From Octopus sinensis (taxonomy: Eukaryota), in NCBI RefSeq assembly GCF_006345805.1, contig NC_043002.1:64480001-64544000 (forward strand): 64,000 bases of DNA, written 5' to 3'. The notes below the pieces were generated by a model. That model did no database searches and was not told the origin of the DNA. It saw only the letters and a list, made by a program, of their open reading frames with translations. How positions within the stretch are numbered: the first letter of the stretch is position 1; each line of letters opens with the position of its first letter. A program made the translations under genes and the position numbers. This document shows, in pieces, positions 13,401-30,083 of the stretch.

Positions 13401-14199
13401 AGAATGAAGGTGTCATGTTGTGATAATTAAATTATTGTTGATTCTTCTATTCTACATCTCTAACGCAATACTGCGCATCCGCTTAAATAACTGTGTGGAG
13501 CCGCGTAGCTTAGTGCGTTGCACTCATGTTAGTAAAATTGTGGTTTCATTTCCTGAATGCGTTGTGCTCTTGCGCAGAACACTTCAATTGACGTTACTCC
13601 AGTTCATTAAGCTAGTAAATGTGTGCGACCCGTCCACGGGGAAAATATATTCGCCGCAGTATCAGCCAAACCGGCCCATGTGACTGTGGGCCCGGAAGGA
13701 AATTCCGTCCTTTTCTATTATAACAGCCTTTCCATTATCTCTAGTATTTTCCAACTACATTTTTCAGTGTATACCAGATCCCTCATTGCAATCATCCCGA
13801 ATAAAATTCATCCTAGCATTCCTACAACACACTTACCCTACTTCTGTGTGATTCAAAATCATTGTCTCAATCTTGTGATTCACATTTATTTCTTGTCATA
13901 GATACGATATCAACAATATAGGCTTCCTCATAATTTCCGTCTACGAGAAAATTTCATAAACATCACATTGGCAGATATGACGCAGTAGAAGATATGATAT
14001 AAGTCCAACGAACGTTGCTGTCTGCTTTCGAGTCATTTGGTCACAATATATATTTTCATAACGTATATTCAAAACCAAAGACTCAGACGAATTTACACAG
14101 CACACACAAACACCAAGAAGTCAATACATACTTACAAACATGCAAACATACATATATATATATGTATATTTATATGTATATATATATATAATATGTATA

Positions 14200-14272
<73 letters not shown>

Positions 14273-14635
14273 ATATATATATATAGATATATATATATAT
14301 ATATATATATGGGGGGGGGTCTGTGTGTGTGTATGTGAATACTTGCGTGAATGTGCGTGTATTGTGCCCCTATGTGTGTACAAATGTATTATTTGTTGAT
14401 GCGCAACGAAAAGAAAGTCAGACGCTCGAGGTGACTTTCAGACATTCTATTGTATTCCTTTGTATACATAGTGATGTATAGAGTATGCTATGTATGACTG
14501 ACAATAACAAATAATTCCATCAACTTTTGTCAAAACTACTCTACTGTTCTCCAGGGAACTGAACTTCAAACGAAACACTCACACTCGATCAAAAGCGAAG
14601 AGGAACTCTAAAATAATATTTAACTATATATATTA

Positions 14636-14691
<56 letters not shown>

Positions 14692-15921
14692 CTATAATAT
14701 ATATATATATATATATATTCATATAATACAGAGGGAGACAAGGGAGAGAAGGAAGATGAAATATTGTATATAACTGTATATGCGTATATGTATAAGTGTG
14801 TGTGTGTCTATATGTATATAAACATATATATATATGTGTCTGTATGTGTATGTATGTATATTACACACACACATATATATATATATATATATGTAACTAT
14901 TGTTTATATTGACGTATACCAAGTTAAGGTTTCGAGCACGCACAAATATGTGTGTGCATATATCTGTATATGCATTTATGTATGCATATATTCATGTCTA
15001 TATGTGTATACACGCGTGCGTGTGTGTGTGATGAGAATATGAAAGTAGTTGAAAGTTTGGATTGTGTCGGTAAAATCAATGAACTTGTTATGTTATATTC
15101 ATTGCAGCTGATGTTGACACAGATCTGAGCAATGTTATTGCACCTTGAAAGATTAAAGAATACGTAAGAAAATATGAGAATCCAAGTCAGAAAATAAAAT
15201 ATGAAATATGATAGTCAGAGTCGAACAATATGTGTTAAATCTAGCACAAAACAGAACAATCCAAATGAAAAATAATAAGAAAATGGATAAGATAATCTAC
15301 AAGTCAATATATCTAGGCGCCTGTTGATTCTATTCAAAATATAAACAAATATTGTCTCTATATCACGTTGAGATGAAGAAAGGACGTGGACATTATAATG
15401 ATGGTATTCACCCGCACAAAATCGTCTCATGATGATAAGACAGGCTCGATTAGGTTCAACGAATATCTCATATAAGATTCGATACTTCGATACACAAGAT
15501 GTTTATGTGTCCCGATACGAATCACTTTATACTTCAAACAAAACATATCTTCCAACCAAATTGTTTGTGAGACCTACACTATCGCCCTCACTTCTCTCTC
15601 TCTCTCTCCCTCTCTCTGTCGCTCACCTACACGCCCACATACGATTTGAGTATCTCTCGCACTTTCATACACGTAAGTCCCCTGTTTACTGCCTCTGTGC
15701 ATAGCTATATACGTGTGTTATCTCCTACAACATAACAAAAGGAACATCGATATATATATATATATATATAAGTCGTTTACGTGCGATTTGTCTCGAATGC
15801 CAATGCAGCCTTAAGTATATATGTAAATATATAGTCATATATACATACATACTTACATACATGCATGCGTACTTACATACATATAAATAAACATGCGCGT
15901 TTGTTTTTAGAGATAAATATT

Positions 15922-15959
<38 letters not shown>

Positions 15960-16144
15960 CGCGGCCTTCGGGCTAAAACATTTTTAAGGATTTTTTTAAG
16001 GATATATATATATATGCTTGCATAGACACGGCGCTCGGACTAAATTTCACGATATTTATGCCTACTTCTTTTTAGGAACTGCTTCATTTATGGGTTTACA
16101 GTAAACAACGCTGGAAAGCATAAATATTAAAGCTGTTAGCTTAC

Positions 16145-16300
16145 ATCGAAGAAGACTGGTAGCCATCTGAATACTTCATAAGAGTTACTTGTATTATCAC
16201 GATTCGCATCGGGTTTCAAAATGCCGACATCATGGCTACTGATCAACCCCTGTAAATACCATAAAGGTTGTACGATGCGCCATGTCTGTGAAGATGTGGC
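16145..16300 (-). CDS. Candidate internal exon of an unidentified host gene (52 codons, phase 0-0)
   Basis: Acceptor ttttttcag and donor GAT|GTAAGC. The 156 bp have exactly one open frame (ATSSQTWRIVQPLWYLQGLISSHDVGILKPDANRDNTSNSYEVFRWLPVFFD), and GC is above background. Confidence 0.5.
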
Positions 16301-16913
16301 CTGAAAAAAATGGGTCACAACAGACGTGTGTCTGTGTCTGCATAATGGAAGTTATCCAAAAACAAATGCACATAGCATGAGGTTTAATACCTATACATGC
16401 GAAAAATGATTTCAGTCAACAAGAGAAAACACCTTATTTGCTTGGCAGTTGTGCAGTGTGCAATCTAGATTTCTTCAAATACTTATGTCTTGTACTTTAG
16501 TACCAAACCTATGGATATTTAATGTTCATGTAGATAAATGTCCCGAGAAACGACTATGGAATCTCATAACTCCATAACGTGAGCTCACACACACACATCC
16601 ACACACACACATAAGTATCTTTAATACATCAAGGTTGTCTTTGCAGTTTGTGCGTTAACGGATAGCGTTTTCAGTCGCATTCGTGCTTTATGCAAACTAT
16701 TTTTATAACTACGACTAGAGTATACATATTTCGTGACACAGCTCCATATACAATAGGCTTTTGAAAATCTATTGTGAAACCGATGAAGTGTATTCCTATG
16801 TTTTAAAATATTATTGAATTCTAATTAATTCTAATATATTCTCTATGCATTTTCAATTTCATGTCTTCTATTCCGCTATATATCTGGATACATAACAATC
16901 ATATATATACATA

Positions 16914-16990
<77 letters not shown>

Positions 16991-17868
16991 GTGTGTATGC
17001 ATGTATGTATATGTATGTATGTATAATTGCATGAATCTTTTAAAAATATCTACATCTGTGTTGGTTTACGTAAGTTCATTGTTACTGATGCAATGTATTT
17101 ATTCACGAAATTAAAATGAATGTATTAATGCTTAAAATATAAAACCAGAAAACATCCATGTTCGCCATCGAAGATGTCTAAAACAGAAGCGGTTACCAAT
17201 AAATAAGAATAAAAATATATCTGTGTTTAAGTGTTCCTTTTTGTGTGTATGTGTGTATGCGTACGTACTTGTGTGACCTTGTGTTTGCTTGCATGTGTGT
17301 ACGTGTGTGAGGGTGCGAGTGTGTGGTGAGTCTATTTCTCTGTGTATGTTTTAAAGTGATGGCTTTAACATGACATCTCGTGTCTTGTTCTCCAAAGTAT
17401 TTCTCTGAGAACAACTGAAAAATTTAAAGCTAACAAACGGAAAAGAACGACGGATTGCAGTGAAAGATAGAGTAACATTAGAGAGGGATTAGAAAGTTGG
17501 AGGAAGCCATTGCCAGACAGAGAGGAAACAAGTGGGGTGTACCATATCGTTTTTCGTAGAAGGTAAATACAGTTTCGTTCAGGTCATTGAACTGAGATGG
17601 CCATTAACGGCAAATGGAATATATAAAAGAAATTGGATAAATGTAAGTGATATACAACGAGAAACAATAAAATGGCTGAATATATAAAGTGGTGAAGGAA
17701 AACAAGTAAATTTTGACAGACTGGAGACTTTATGCTCATGATGAAAATCATGATATCATCATCAGCATTAGCATAGTCGTAAACATTATTGAATGGATGG
17801 TATGAAACCTATTACAAATATATAGATATATATGTTAAAGGAAAGAGATTATACATAATATTTTCTCA

Positions 17869-18048
17869 TAGGCGCAAGAGTGGCCGTTGTGGTAAGAAGC
17901 TTGCTTCCCAACCACATGTTTCCGTGTTCAGTCCCACGTGTTCAGCCTTGTGAGTGGATTTGGTAGACGTATATATATGTGTGTGTGTGAGTATATATAT
18001 ATATAGAGAGAGAGATAGATAGATAGATAGATAGATAGATAAATATAC

Positions 18049-18110
<62 letters not shown>

Positions 18111-18322
18111 CTGTATGTATGTATTTGTGTGTCTGTGTTTGTCCAAGCACCATCTTTTCACAAGCGACGTTGGTGTGTTTAAGCTCCGTAACTTAGCGGA
18201 TCGGCTAAATAGACTGGTAGAGTAAGTGCCTAGGCTTACAAAGTAAAGTCCTGGGGCCGATTTGTTCGACTAAAAGAGGTGCTCTAGCATGACCGCAGTC
18301 AAGTGGCTGAAAGAAATAAAGG
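17869..18322 (+). mobile_element. SINE family A, near full length with partial core deletion and internal microsatellite
   Basis: tRNA-like head ggcgcaagagtggccgttgtggtaagaagc..gttcagtccc, core gccttgtgagtggatttggtagacg, then (TA)/(GATA)/(TATG)n and the family tail. Confidence 0.88.
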
Positions 18323-18489
18323 AAACAAGAGCACCCAGGGAATGGAAACCTCTGCCAAAGTATTACCGGCGTCCTCCCAACGATTAGGTGGAGATGATTT
18401 TTAAAGTGGGAACATCTAAAATAGACTCGACTACTCTCACAAACGAGAATAGTAAAATGAACCCGACCGTTCTCAACAATTAATTTAAA

Positions 18490-18690
18490 AAAAAACAGGA
18501 AAAATAAACCAGAACTTTTGTCCGGTACCGGATCGATCCCAAAATTTAATCAGTTCGTGCCAGTCACATGGCCAAATATCAACGAAAGTTTCATCCGAAT
18601 CCATCCAGCGGTTCTTGAGATAGATATCTTAAGAACAAACAAACACGACTGAAACAATACCTCAGCATTCGCTAAGGCAGAAGTAATGAA
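18490..18690 (+). mobile_element. Possible non-autonomous Helentron/HINE-like element
   Basis: cccaaaatttaatcagttc..aaagtttcatccgaatccatccagcggttcttgagat..caaacaaac..gaaacaatacctc..gaagtaat resembles HINE-type ends as recalled; the terminal hairpin is degenerate. Confidence 0.35.
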
Positions 18691-18755
18691 AGAAAGAGAA
18701 CAGTATTTACATTATTTACATTTGACGGATATTTGTCCTCATTTTCTTTTCTGTT

Positions 18756-18801
18756 AACACGATATTTCGGCTGAAATACCCTCCAGCCTTCATCAGGTAC
18801 C
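18756..18801 (-). ncRNA. Minimal type I hammerhead ribozyme motif within a repeat
   Basis: GGTAC-CTGATGA-A-GGCTG-loop-CAGCC-GAAA-TA-TC-GTGTT: 5-bp stem II, palindromic ATAT stem III, wobble-rich stem I. Confidence 0.6.
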
Positions 18802-18864
18802 TTGGGGAAATTTCGAACTTGGGCTCTCATTCCTAAGGTACTTTTTGATGTTATTTTTATTATC

Positions 18865-18941
<77 letters not shown>

Positions 18942-18954
18942 CATCATCATTATT

Positions 18955-19020
18955 CAGTGGTTAAGAACCCGGAATACTAACCCCTAAGATTCCGAGTTCG
19001 ATTCCAAGCAGTGGCCTGAA
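18955..19020 (+). mobile_element. Isolated tRNA-derived SINE head
   Basis: Partial A box (agtggttaag) and B box (gagttcgattcc), flanked by (ATT)n on the left and (AAT)n on the right. Confidence 0.65.
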
Positions 19021-19021
19021 A

Positions 19022-22059
<3,038 letters not shown>

Positions 22060-22070
22060 TAATAATAATA

Positions 22071-22140
<70 letters not shown>

Positions 22141-22169
22141 CAAGAACAACTGTCAGCTTAGCGCCTTTT

Positions 22170-22390
22170 CTAACAGGGTTAGTAATTCTTGGTGAGGGGA
22201 TAAGCCAGTTACATCTGCATGAGTGCTTGACTGGTAATTATATAATCCACTCCGAAAGGATGGAAAGCAAAATGGACCTCGGTAGAATTTGAATTCAGAA
22301 CACACTAAAACAAAAGCAGATTAAAATAGGACGAAATGCTACAAAGCATTTACCCAGGTGCCAAAGGTTCTACCTTGTCGCAGCCTTAAT
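22170..22390 (-). mobile_element. SINE family B, diverged
   Basis: ctccgaaaggatggaaagcaaaatggacctcggtagaatttgaattcagaac. Confidence 0.7.
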
Positions 22391-22409
22391 CTTGAAAATG
22401 CTTTTACTT

Positions 22410-22617
22410 GCTGGAGAACCGCCTTTAGTCGCGAAATTCGACCCCAGATCTTACTCTTTGTAAGTTTATTACTTATTCTATTGTCTCTTTTGCCGAACTG
22501 CTAGATTACGGGGACGTAAACGCACCAGCATCAGTTGTCAAGAGCGATGTTGAGAGACAGGCAAGCACAGACACAGAAGTATACTCAAACACACACATAC
22601 ACACACACACACGTACG

Positions 22618-22665
<48 letters not shown>

Positions 22666-22840
22666 ATATATATATATGTGTGTATACGGCGAGCTTCTTT
22701 CAGTTTACATCTACTAAATCCACTCACAAAGCTTTGGTCGGGTCAAGGCTATACTAGAAAACACTTACCCAAGGTGCCACCTGTGGGACTGAACTCCGAA
22801 CAACGTGGTTGGGAAGCAAGCTTCTCAAGACACAGCTAGT
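22410..22840 (-). mobile_element. SINE family A, full length
   Basis: Tail, internal microsatellite, core (ccactcacaaagctttggtcgg..cacttacccaaggtgcc) and head are all present. Confidence 0.88.
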
Positions 22841-22929
22841 TCTTCGAAAATATATATTTGTAATTTTCTGGAGTTGTGTTTTTTTTTTGTTTTTTTTTCA
22901 ATTATTAAGGAGACGGACAGTTAAAATTT

Positions 22930-23250
22930 TTACCGCACAGGACAAAATACCTCGCATAATTTTGTTCGAATTTACAGAGTTCGACTGTGCCTTTCAACCT
23001 TTCGGTTTCGATTCAATTACCAGTTGATCACTGAAATAAATGCAATCGACTAACCCCTTTCCTAAATATTCTAGGTCTAGTCCTATCGGTTGTTTTTAAT
23101 TATTAAAATACTTGCAGTTGTTTCTTCTGACTTGATGTCCTGATATCAAATGCTTGTCATGTTAACTATGGCTTCCGCTATTCTCAGAGACCGATAAAAT
23201 AAATATAAATACCATCTGGACACTGGGTTGAGGTAATAGTTATCCCCTGG
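22930..23250 (+). mobile_element. Two diverged SINE family B fragments
   Basis: tgcctttcaacctttcggtttcgattcaattaccagttg (~22988-23026) and agaccgataaaata..taccatctggacactggg (~23188-23228). Confidence 0.55.
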
Positions 23251-23559
23251 CTTTCTCATTGAACTTCTGGACGTTCACGCGGACTTGCTTGTTCTCGAGA
23301 CAGACTTAACAGCATGCAGAAGATCAGCGGCTTTTAATAGGATGTTTTGAAAGGTAGGTTCGACAATGAAAGCAGTGTTAGTATTTCATCATCTCATAAA
23401 TGTACAAACACATACGAAATTGAAGAGATTTCCAACTCCACATTCTGCTGAGCAATAGGACGAATTTTCGTACGATAATTCTTTTTTCTTCCGCATCCCA
23501 AACCAGATATCAATTTTTCTAAATTTCACTTTTGCAACACAGACATCCAAGGCGCGTGG

Positions 23560-23626
<67 letters not shown>

Positions 23627-23748
23627 CACACAAACACACACAGACACACACAAACGTACACAAATAAATGAGAAGGCATAAATGTGCGCCTGTTTGTGTA
23701 CAATGTATGTATTTACGTAGGTAAGGTATGTTTTAATGTAGTCCTGCA

Positions 23749-23783
<35 letters not shown>

Positions 23784-23789
23784 TATATA

Positions 23790-23887
23790 CAGGCGCAAGT
23801 GTAACTATGTGGTGTGGAGCAGGTGTCTCCCACTGCCGAGGCAGGTGTCTTGCACTATAGCCTTCGGACGACTAAAGCCTTGCGAGT

Positions 23888-23954
<67 letters not shown>

Positions 23955-24255
23955 ATATGTGTGTGTGTGTTTGTATATATATATGTGCGTGTGTGTGTAT
24001 GTATATATATATATATTATATATATATATGTATGTATGTATATATGCATGTTTGTAGCTGGGTTTGACCCCAGCCACTATAACTTGACAATCGATGCCGG
24101 TGTGTTTACGTCCCCGTCAGTTAGCGGTTCAGCAAAAAGACAACCATAAAATAAAAACTAGGCTTACAAATAATAAGTTCTGGGGTTGATTTATTCGACT
24201 AAAGGTGGAAATCCAGCATGGCCGCAGGCAAATAACTGACAAAAGTAAAAGAGAA
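23790..24255 (+). mobile_element. SINE family A, near full length
   Basis: Head, core gcaggtgtcttgcactatagccttcggacgactaaagccttgcgagtgg, internal (TA)n(TG)n, and tail. Confidence 0.85.
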
Positions 24256-25042
24256 TATATATGTTATATATATATATACATACATATACATACATATATA
24301 TGTATATATATATATATATATTATATATAATATATATATATTATATATATATATATATATATAAACGTATACACTTTAATATTTTACACTTTACTCACGA
24401 TGATGTATGTCCATTGCAAACGCATAAAGACAGACAGTTATATTATCTCACATTCGATTCCCGTATCAAAATAGTTAATGCTGTTCTACGAAAGACAATG
24501 CAAAAATCTAATGTCTATTCCCAACTGAAAACAGAGAAACAAAAATATATATACGCATTCATTCATGCAAGCAGACGCACTCATATTATTGTCTCTATGT
24601 GTAGATACATATAAATATAAGTATAAATCTATTACATTTATACATTTATACTTATATATATATATATGTATATATATCGACACATCAATGTGTGTATGGG
24701 ATACAGGAAAGAAAAAAGCAAACAGAGTTTATTCCTCGAATTTATTTCTAAGATGAATCCATACTCAAGACATAAAAATGTTCCTTGGGAATGTTTTTAT
24801 CTTACTTTTGAACTAAAAGCTATTAATGAGTGCAATATAAATCAAAAACGATGTATTATAGATCACTAGGGTAATATAAGATTTTTTGAAAGCTTAAACC
24901 ACTTTCCCAAAGGGAAGAACATATACAAAACAATTGATAACCTATTGACATTTTCGAATAGTATTTCTACGGCTTATCACAATTTAATTGTCTTAGACGA
25001 ATTAGGTAGGTATGTTTATGTCATAGTTTGTGTGTATCTGTG

Positions 25043-25080
<38 letters not shown>

Positions 25081-25786
25081 TGCGTGCGTGCCTGTGTGCG
25101 TGTGTGAGTGTGTGTGTGTGTGAGTGTGTTTTTTTTATTTTTTCCATACTTATTCTGCAAAGAAAATTCGTGTGCGAATAAAGCCACAACTACAAAGACA
25201 TGGCACGACTTCCAATACACATATATAAGTATATAAGCGTGAACATATCCCGTCTTGTCTATACAGCTAACCAATAGTACTGCTTTACATGCAGGACGCA
25301 TATATTTCATCAACCCGTTTGTCTGCCTATCTGTCTATCTATCCTCATGTGTGTGTATTTTTGTGTTATATATATATATATATATAATATATATATATAT
25401 ATACGAAATTATTAATTATGTATATAATCATAAAATTATATGAAATGGATCAGGAAAGAACCTTCTACAACATGCATGTATATATATATGCATATATGTA
25501 TATACTATTTATATTATGTATATATATATATATGTCTGTATATATATATTGTTGTATTTAGGAATGGTCATTTTGCCAGTTTAGCCAATAAAAACACACG
25601 CACTATATATTTGGTGTTACTTTGCTTCAGTGTTATTTATTTTTTACATTAATCTTAATCTTATATCGGCCAGAGTTCTTTCGTCACACTCCTGTGACCG
25701 CATCAGTGGTCCTTTGTTTACTTCTTACTTATTTGTGTCTCTCCTTACTAACCGTCAGCCATATATATATACATACATACATACAC

Positions 25787-25844
<58 letters not shown>

Positions 25845-25906
25845 TACATACATACATACATGCATATAATATATATATATATATATAATATATATATATA
25901 TATATA

Positions 25907-27526
25907 CAGTTGCTACCAAAATGTTCAGAACGGCATTGTTTTCGTCAGAAAAGTAAGTATAAGTTTTTATCACAGTTGTTTTATATTCTATAATTCTCAG
26001 AGACAATAAATACGATATTAATTGTTATTCTCTGAGATTTTGGTGTAATTGGAGAGGAGAATACAAAAGTTATTGATGGTTTAGTGATTTACTGCAAAAC
26101 CCATGGCGGCCAAAATGATCAGAAAGGTTGAAAAAGTAACAAAATAATCAAAAATGACAGAGAATACTGGAATTATTTAATATTTAATATTTAGCTTCAA
26201 TCACACTTTGACATCTTCGTCTCCATGAGGAAATTAAATTTTCAATTTCTTGCTGGGTGATCTTATTCCATTCTTCCTGAAGGGCATCCCATAATTGCTC
26301 GGTTGTTTTAGGATTTCTGGCTTTCGAACGTTCTCCTAGAATATTCCACACATTTTCAATAGGATTGAGATCTGGGCTTTGATCAGGCCAATCCAAACCA
26401 ATAACGTTTTCAACCTTGAGGAAGTTCATGACCACCTTAGCCATGTGACATGGGGCATTGTCCTGCATGAATATGGGTGGTCGCTTTGTTGAATTTCTCA
26501 GCACAGGCAAGACATGATCTTTTACAAGTTGTTTATAAACTCCTGCATTCACCTTTCCATGTAATCGCACCAAAGGGCCCATACCATCTCCAGATATCAT
26601 CCGTCAAATCATGACACTTCTTTCACCGAATTTAACACTAGTCTTAAGGCATTTAGGCGACAATTTTTCACCTACTTTTCGACGAACGTACCTTTTCCCA
26701 TCTGAGCCAAATAACATAAACTTAGATTCATCACTAAAATGCAACGTTTGCCATTTTTCTTGAGACCACAACACATGTTCGGTTGCAAAGGTAAGACAAC
26801 ACATTTTATTCTTGGAGCTGATCAGTGGCTTCACTGCAAGTGCTCTTGCTTGTAGGTCACGTTCAACTAAACGACGAGACACAGTTTTTCGAGATAAAGT
26901 TTTCTTCAGTACAATGCTCATTTCCCGAGAAACAACAGCAGCAGTTTTAAATCCGTCCTTTTTAACCAAATTTACCATAGCACGATCTTCTCTCTTGTCG
27001 TTTTTCTTGGCCTACCTGTAGACTTTCTAGCTTCACATGAACCACAATCATCGTAGATCTTAAGAATACCGTGAATAACACTTTTTGACTTGTTAACAAT
27101 CTTCGCAATAGACCCAATACTTAAATTATCCTTCTTTCGAAGCTTAATAATCTGCTGACGAATTGGTAACAGAGTAAGTGGCAGTATATTAACAAAGTAC
27201 ACTGCAGATATTCTTACTAATGTTTAATAAACGAACCGTCACGTAAACAAATTCAAAACATTAGAGTTCGCCGGTTAAATATACTAACACACGGAGTAAA
27301 AGTAACCGTTCTGATCATTTTAGCCGCCATGGGTTTTGCAGTAAATCACTAAATCATCAATAACTTTTGTATTATCCTCTCAAATTACACCAAAATCTCA
27401 GACAATAACAATTAATATCGTATTTATTGTCTGTAATAATTATAGAATATAAAACAACTTTGATAAAAACTTATACTTACTTTTCTGCCGAAAACAATGC
27501 CGTTCGGAACATTTTGACCGCAACTG
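25907..27526 (-). mobile_element. Full-length Tc1 (DD34E) transposon with ~220-bp IR/DR terminal repeats; transposase pseudogene
   Basis: TIRs at 25907-~26127 and ~27305-27526 with TA flanks. Motifs GRPRKT, FSDESK, QDNAPCH and SPDLNPIE, with 34 residues between D and E. Confidence 0.95.
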
Positions 27527-27641
27527 TATATATATAATGATAGAAATAAGAAGACAACAAAAGAATGAATGTGACCGCGATATTATGTAAATGGAGAAAT
27601 TTATCTGTAAATATAATATGTGACTGTTATTCGGTAGCCAT

Positions 27642-27710
27642 GATAAAACTCCGAGTTTCGGATGTCGGGACTGAAACCCTCGCCGGCATCTCTTCTGTTA
27701 TCAGGCCATC
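27642..27710 (-). ncRNA. Degenerate hammerhead-like motif in a probable pseudo-LTR repeat
   Basis: gatggc-CTGATAA-(long stem II region)-tcc-GAAA-CTCGGAG-TT-TTATC; core position G8 is mutated. Confidence 0.4.
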
Positions 27711-28681
27711 GAAAAAAATGTTGTGAAAATGACCGTTAAAAGAAAGGGAAATTACTGTGTGATTGATAGTTATTTAGACAAAAGAGCTATTAGAGTGACC
27801 GCTAATTAAGGGGAGCGAGTATAGGGTAAGAATGTAAAAATGTTCATAGCCATCGCGTAAGCGATCATGCCCATACATACAAATGCGCACCCGCACACAC
27901 CACTTACATTCACCTATATGTATATACTCATCCACCTCACTTGAAACACACACATGCTCACCCACACTTTCGCCAAAACCTATATGCATGCCCTCATACA
28001 CGCTCCAACACACACGCGCACACAAAAAAGGTTAATACACACGTCTATATACGCACATGCACTTATGTCTGTGTATGTACGTTTGTTTCTGTCCTCCTCC
28101 ACCGCAGTTCTTTTCCGGTTACGCCACAGTAATTTAGCTTTTTTGCAAATAAAGACGAGAGGAGAAATAGCAAACTTGAAAAGGAATACGGAGTCCAATT
28201 TGCTCGTCCAGTTATCTAAAAGTTGCCGCCCCTGAACGCTGCAGTAGAATGGCTGAAACGATCACAAGATTAACATTTAGAGATAATCCAGTCTCTTGAA
28301 ACGTTTCTGCGACTATAAACAGAATTTACTTGAGAGAGAATTCGTGCAAGTGAACTTGTATTGGTATAAATCTAAACTGTATATATAAAAAAAAATATTT
28401 GAAAATACATTAACGCTTTCTCCAACCTTTATGTCACACGTTCAGTGTTTCAATAAAGTATATAAATCTATGAATGAATCAATGTATATATTTATATGTA
28501 TTTATATATGCATGCGTGACAGCTTGTACGTGTGTGTGTAAATGTGCATATGTGTGTATACAAGTATACACAGATAAGCATACAGGTACGTACATCCACA
28601 CATAGAATGAGACAGGTGCACAAGATACACACAATATACATATATACATATATACATACATACATACACACACACACACAC

Positions 28682-28719
<38 letters not shown>

Positions 28720-28897
28720 CGTATATCTATATATATATATATACATGCATATATATATATATATATGCACGTGTGTATGTATATGCACACATACATATGT
28801 ATGTATATGCACACATACACATGTGTGTATATGTATATACATATGCGTGCGGATAAATTCGTTTGTTGTCAAAACAGTTTTCGCTCTCGTCTCTAAG

Positions 28898-29047
28898 ATG
28901 TGATATTTCAAAGCTCTCTATTTCCAATTTTTTTCCTATATGGTTCCACGTGCAAACTTTCATCGTTAATTTCCGATTTAAATTTGCCCGGAATTGTGCT
29001 TAATGCACTAAGTCACCTATGTATTAATCTATCTATAAAATTGGAAG
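28898..29047 (+). CDS. Candidate exon (150 bp, phase 1-1), gene unknown
   Basis: Acceptor ttttcgctctcgtctctaag, donor AAG|GTAAAT, open frame VIFQSSLFPIFFLYGSTCKLSSLISDLNLPGIVLNALSHLCINLSIKLE. Confidence 0.3.
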
Positions 29048-29332
29048 GTAAATTTAAAGACAGTCACATACAAAACGAAAATATAATTTTAAGAGATTTC
29101 GGGATCTAAAGATATAACGCTATGCGTGGGTTTTATACATAATTGAATTTTGCTCATGTATATATATATATATATAGAAAGCGGGAAATAGATATTCGTC
29201 TGCGCACATACATTTGACATCATAACACATAAAACAGAAAATTTACACACAAACATTTATATGTGTCTGTATGTGGGTGCTTGTGTTGCATATATGCATG
29301 TATGCATGTGTGTATGTAAGTATATATATATG

Positions 29333-29395
<63 letters not shown>

Positions 29396-29701
29396 ATATA
29401 TAAATAGAAGTCCATATGTAAAAATGTGAAAAATAACCTCACTAGTAAGACGTGTTCTCTATTGATATATGTAGTGCAAGCACATACACACCACATGCGT
29501 ATGTATATGTGTGATGGGTGTGAGTGCATTTTTGGTTCTGTGCATACGTGTGTATGTATGTGCATAGCTTTGGGTTAGACTGTGTATACGTGTTTACGAA
29601 TGAATCTATATATTACCTCTCTCATCATCTATCACTTTCTCACTTTTCATATATTTTTGGGCATATATACTTAGATGCATTGTAGGTATACAGATATACG
29701 C

Positions 29702-29766
<65 letters not shown>

Positions 29767-29768
29767 GC

Positions 29769-29800
<32 letters not shown>

Positions 29801-29957
29801 GGTGTGTTTGTGTGTGTGTGTGTGTGTACGTATGTATAGTATTTATATTTAAATATATACATATATACATACATGCAATAACAGTGTAGTGACTAAATAA
29901 AATAGTCTAATACTGGCGCGTGTAAGCCATCCACAGAAAAAAGTAGATAGATGGATA

Positions 29958-30083
<126 letters not shown>

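Noticed and set aside
23255-23520. Two minus-strand exons separated by a short intron containing TACTAAC
   Set aside because: All phase combinations stop quickly and the peptides are unconvincing.
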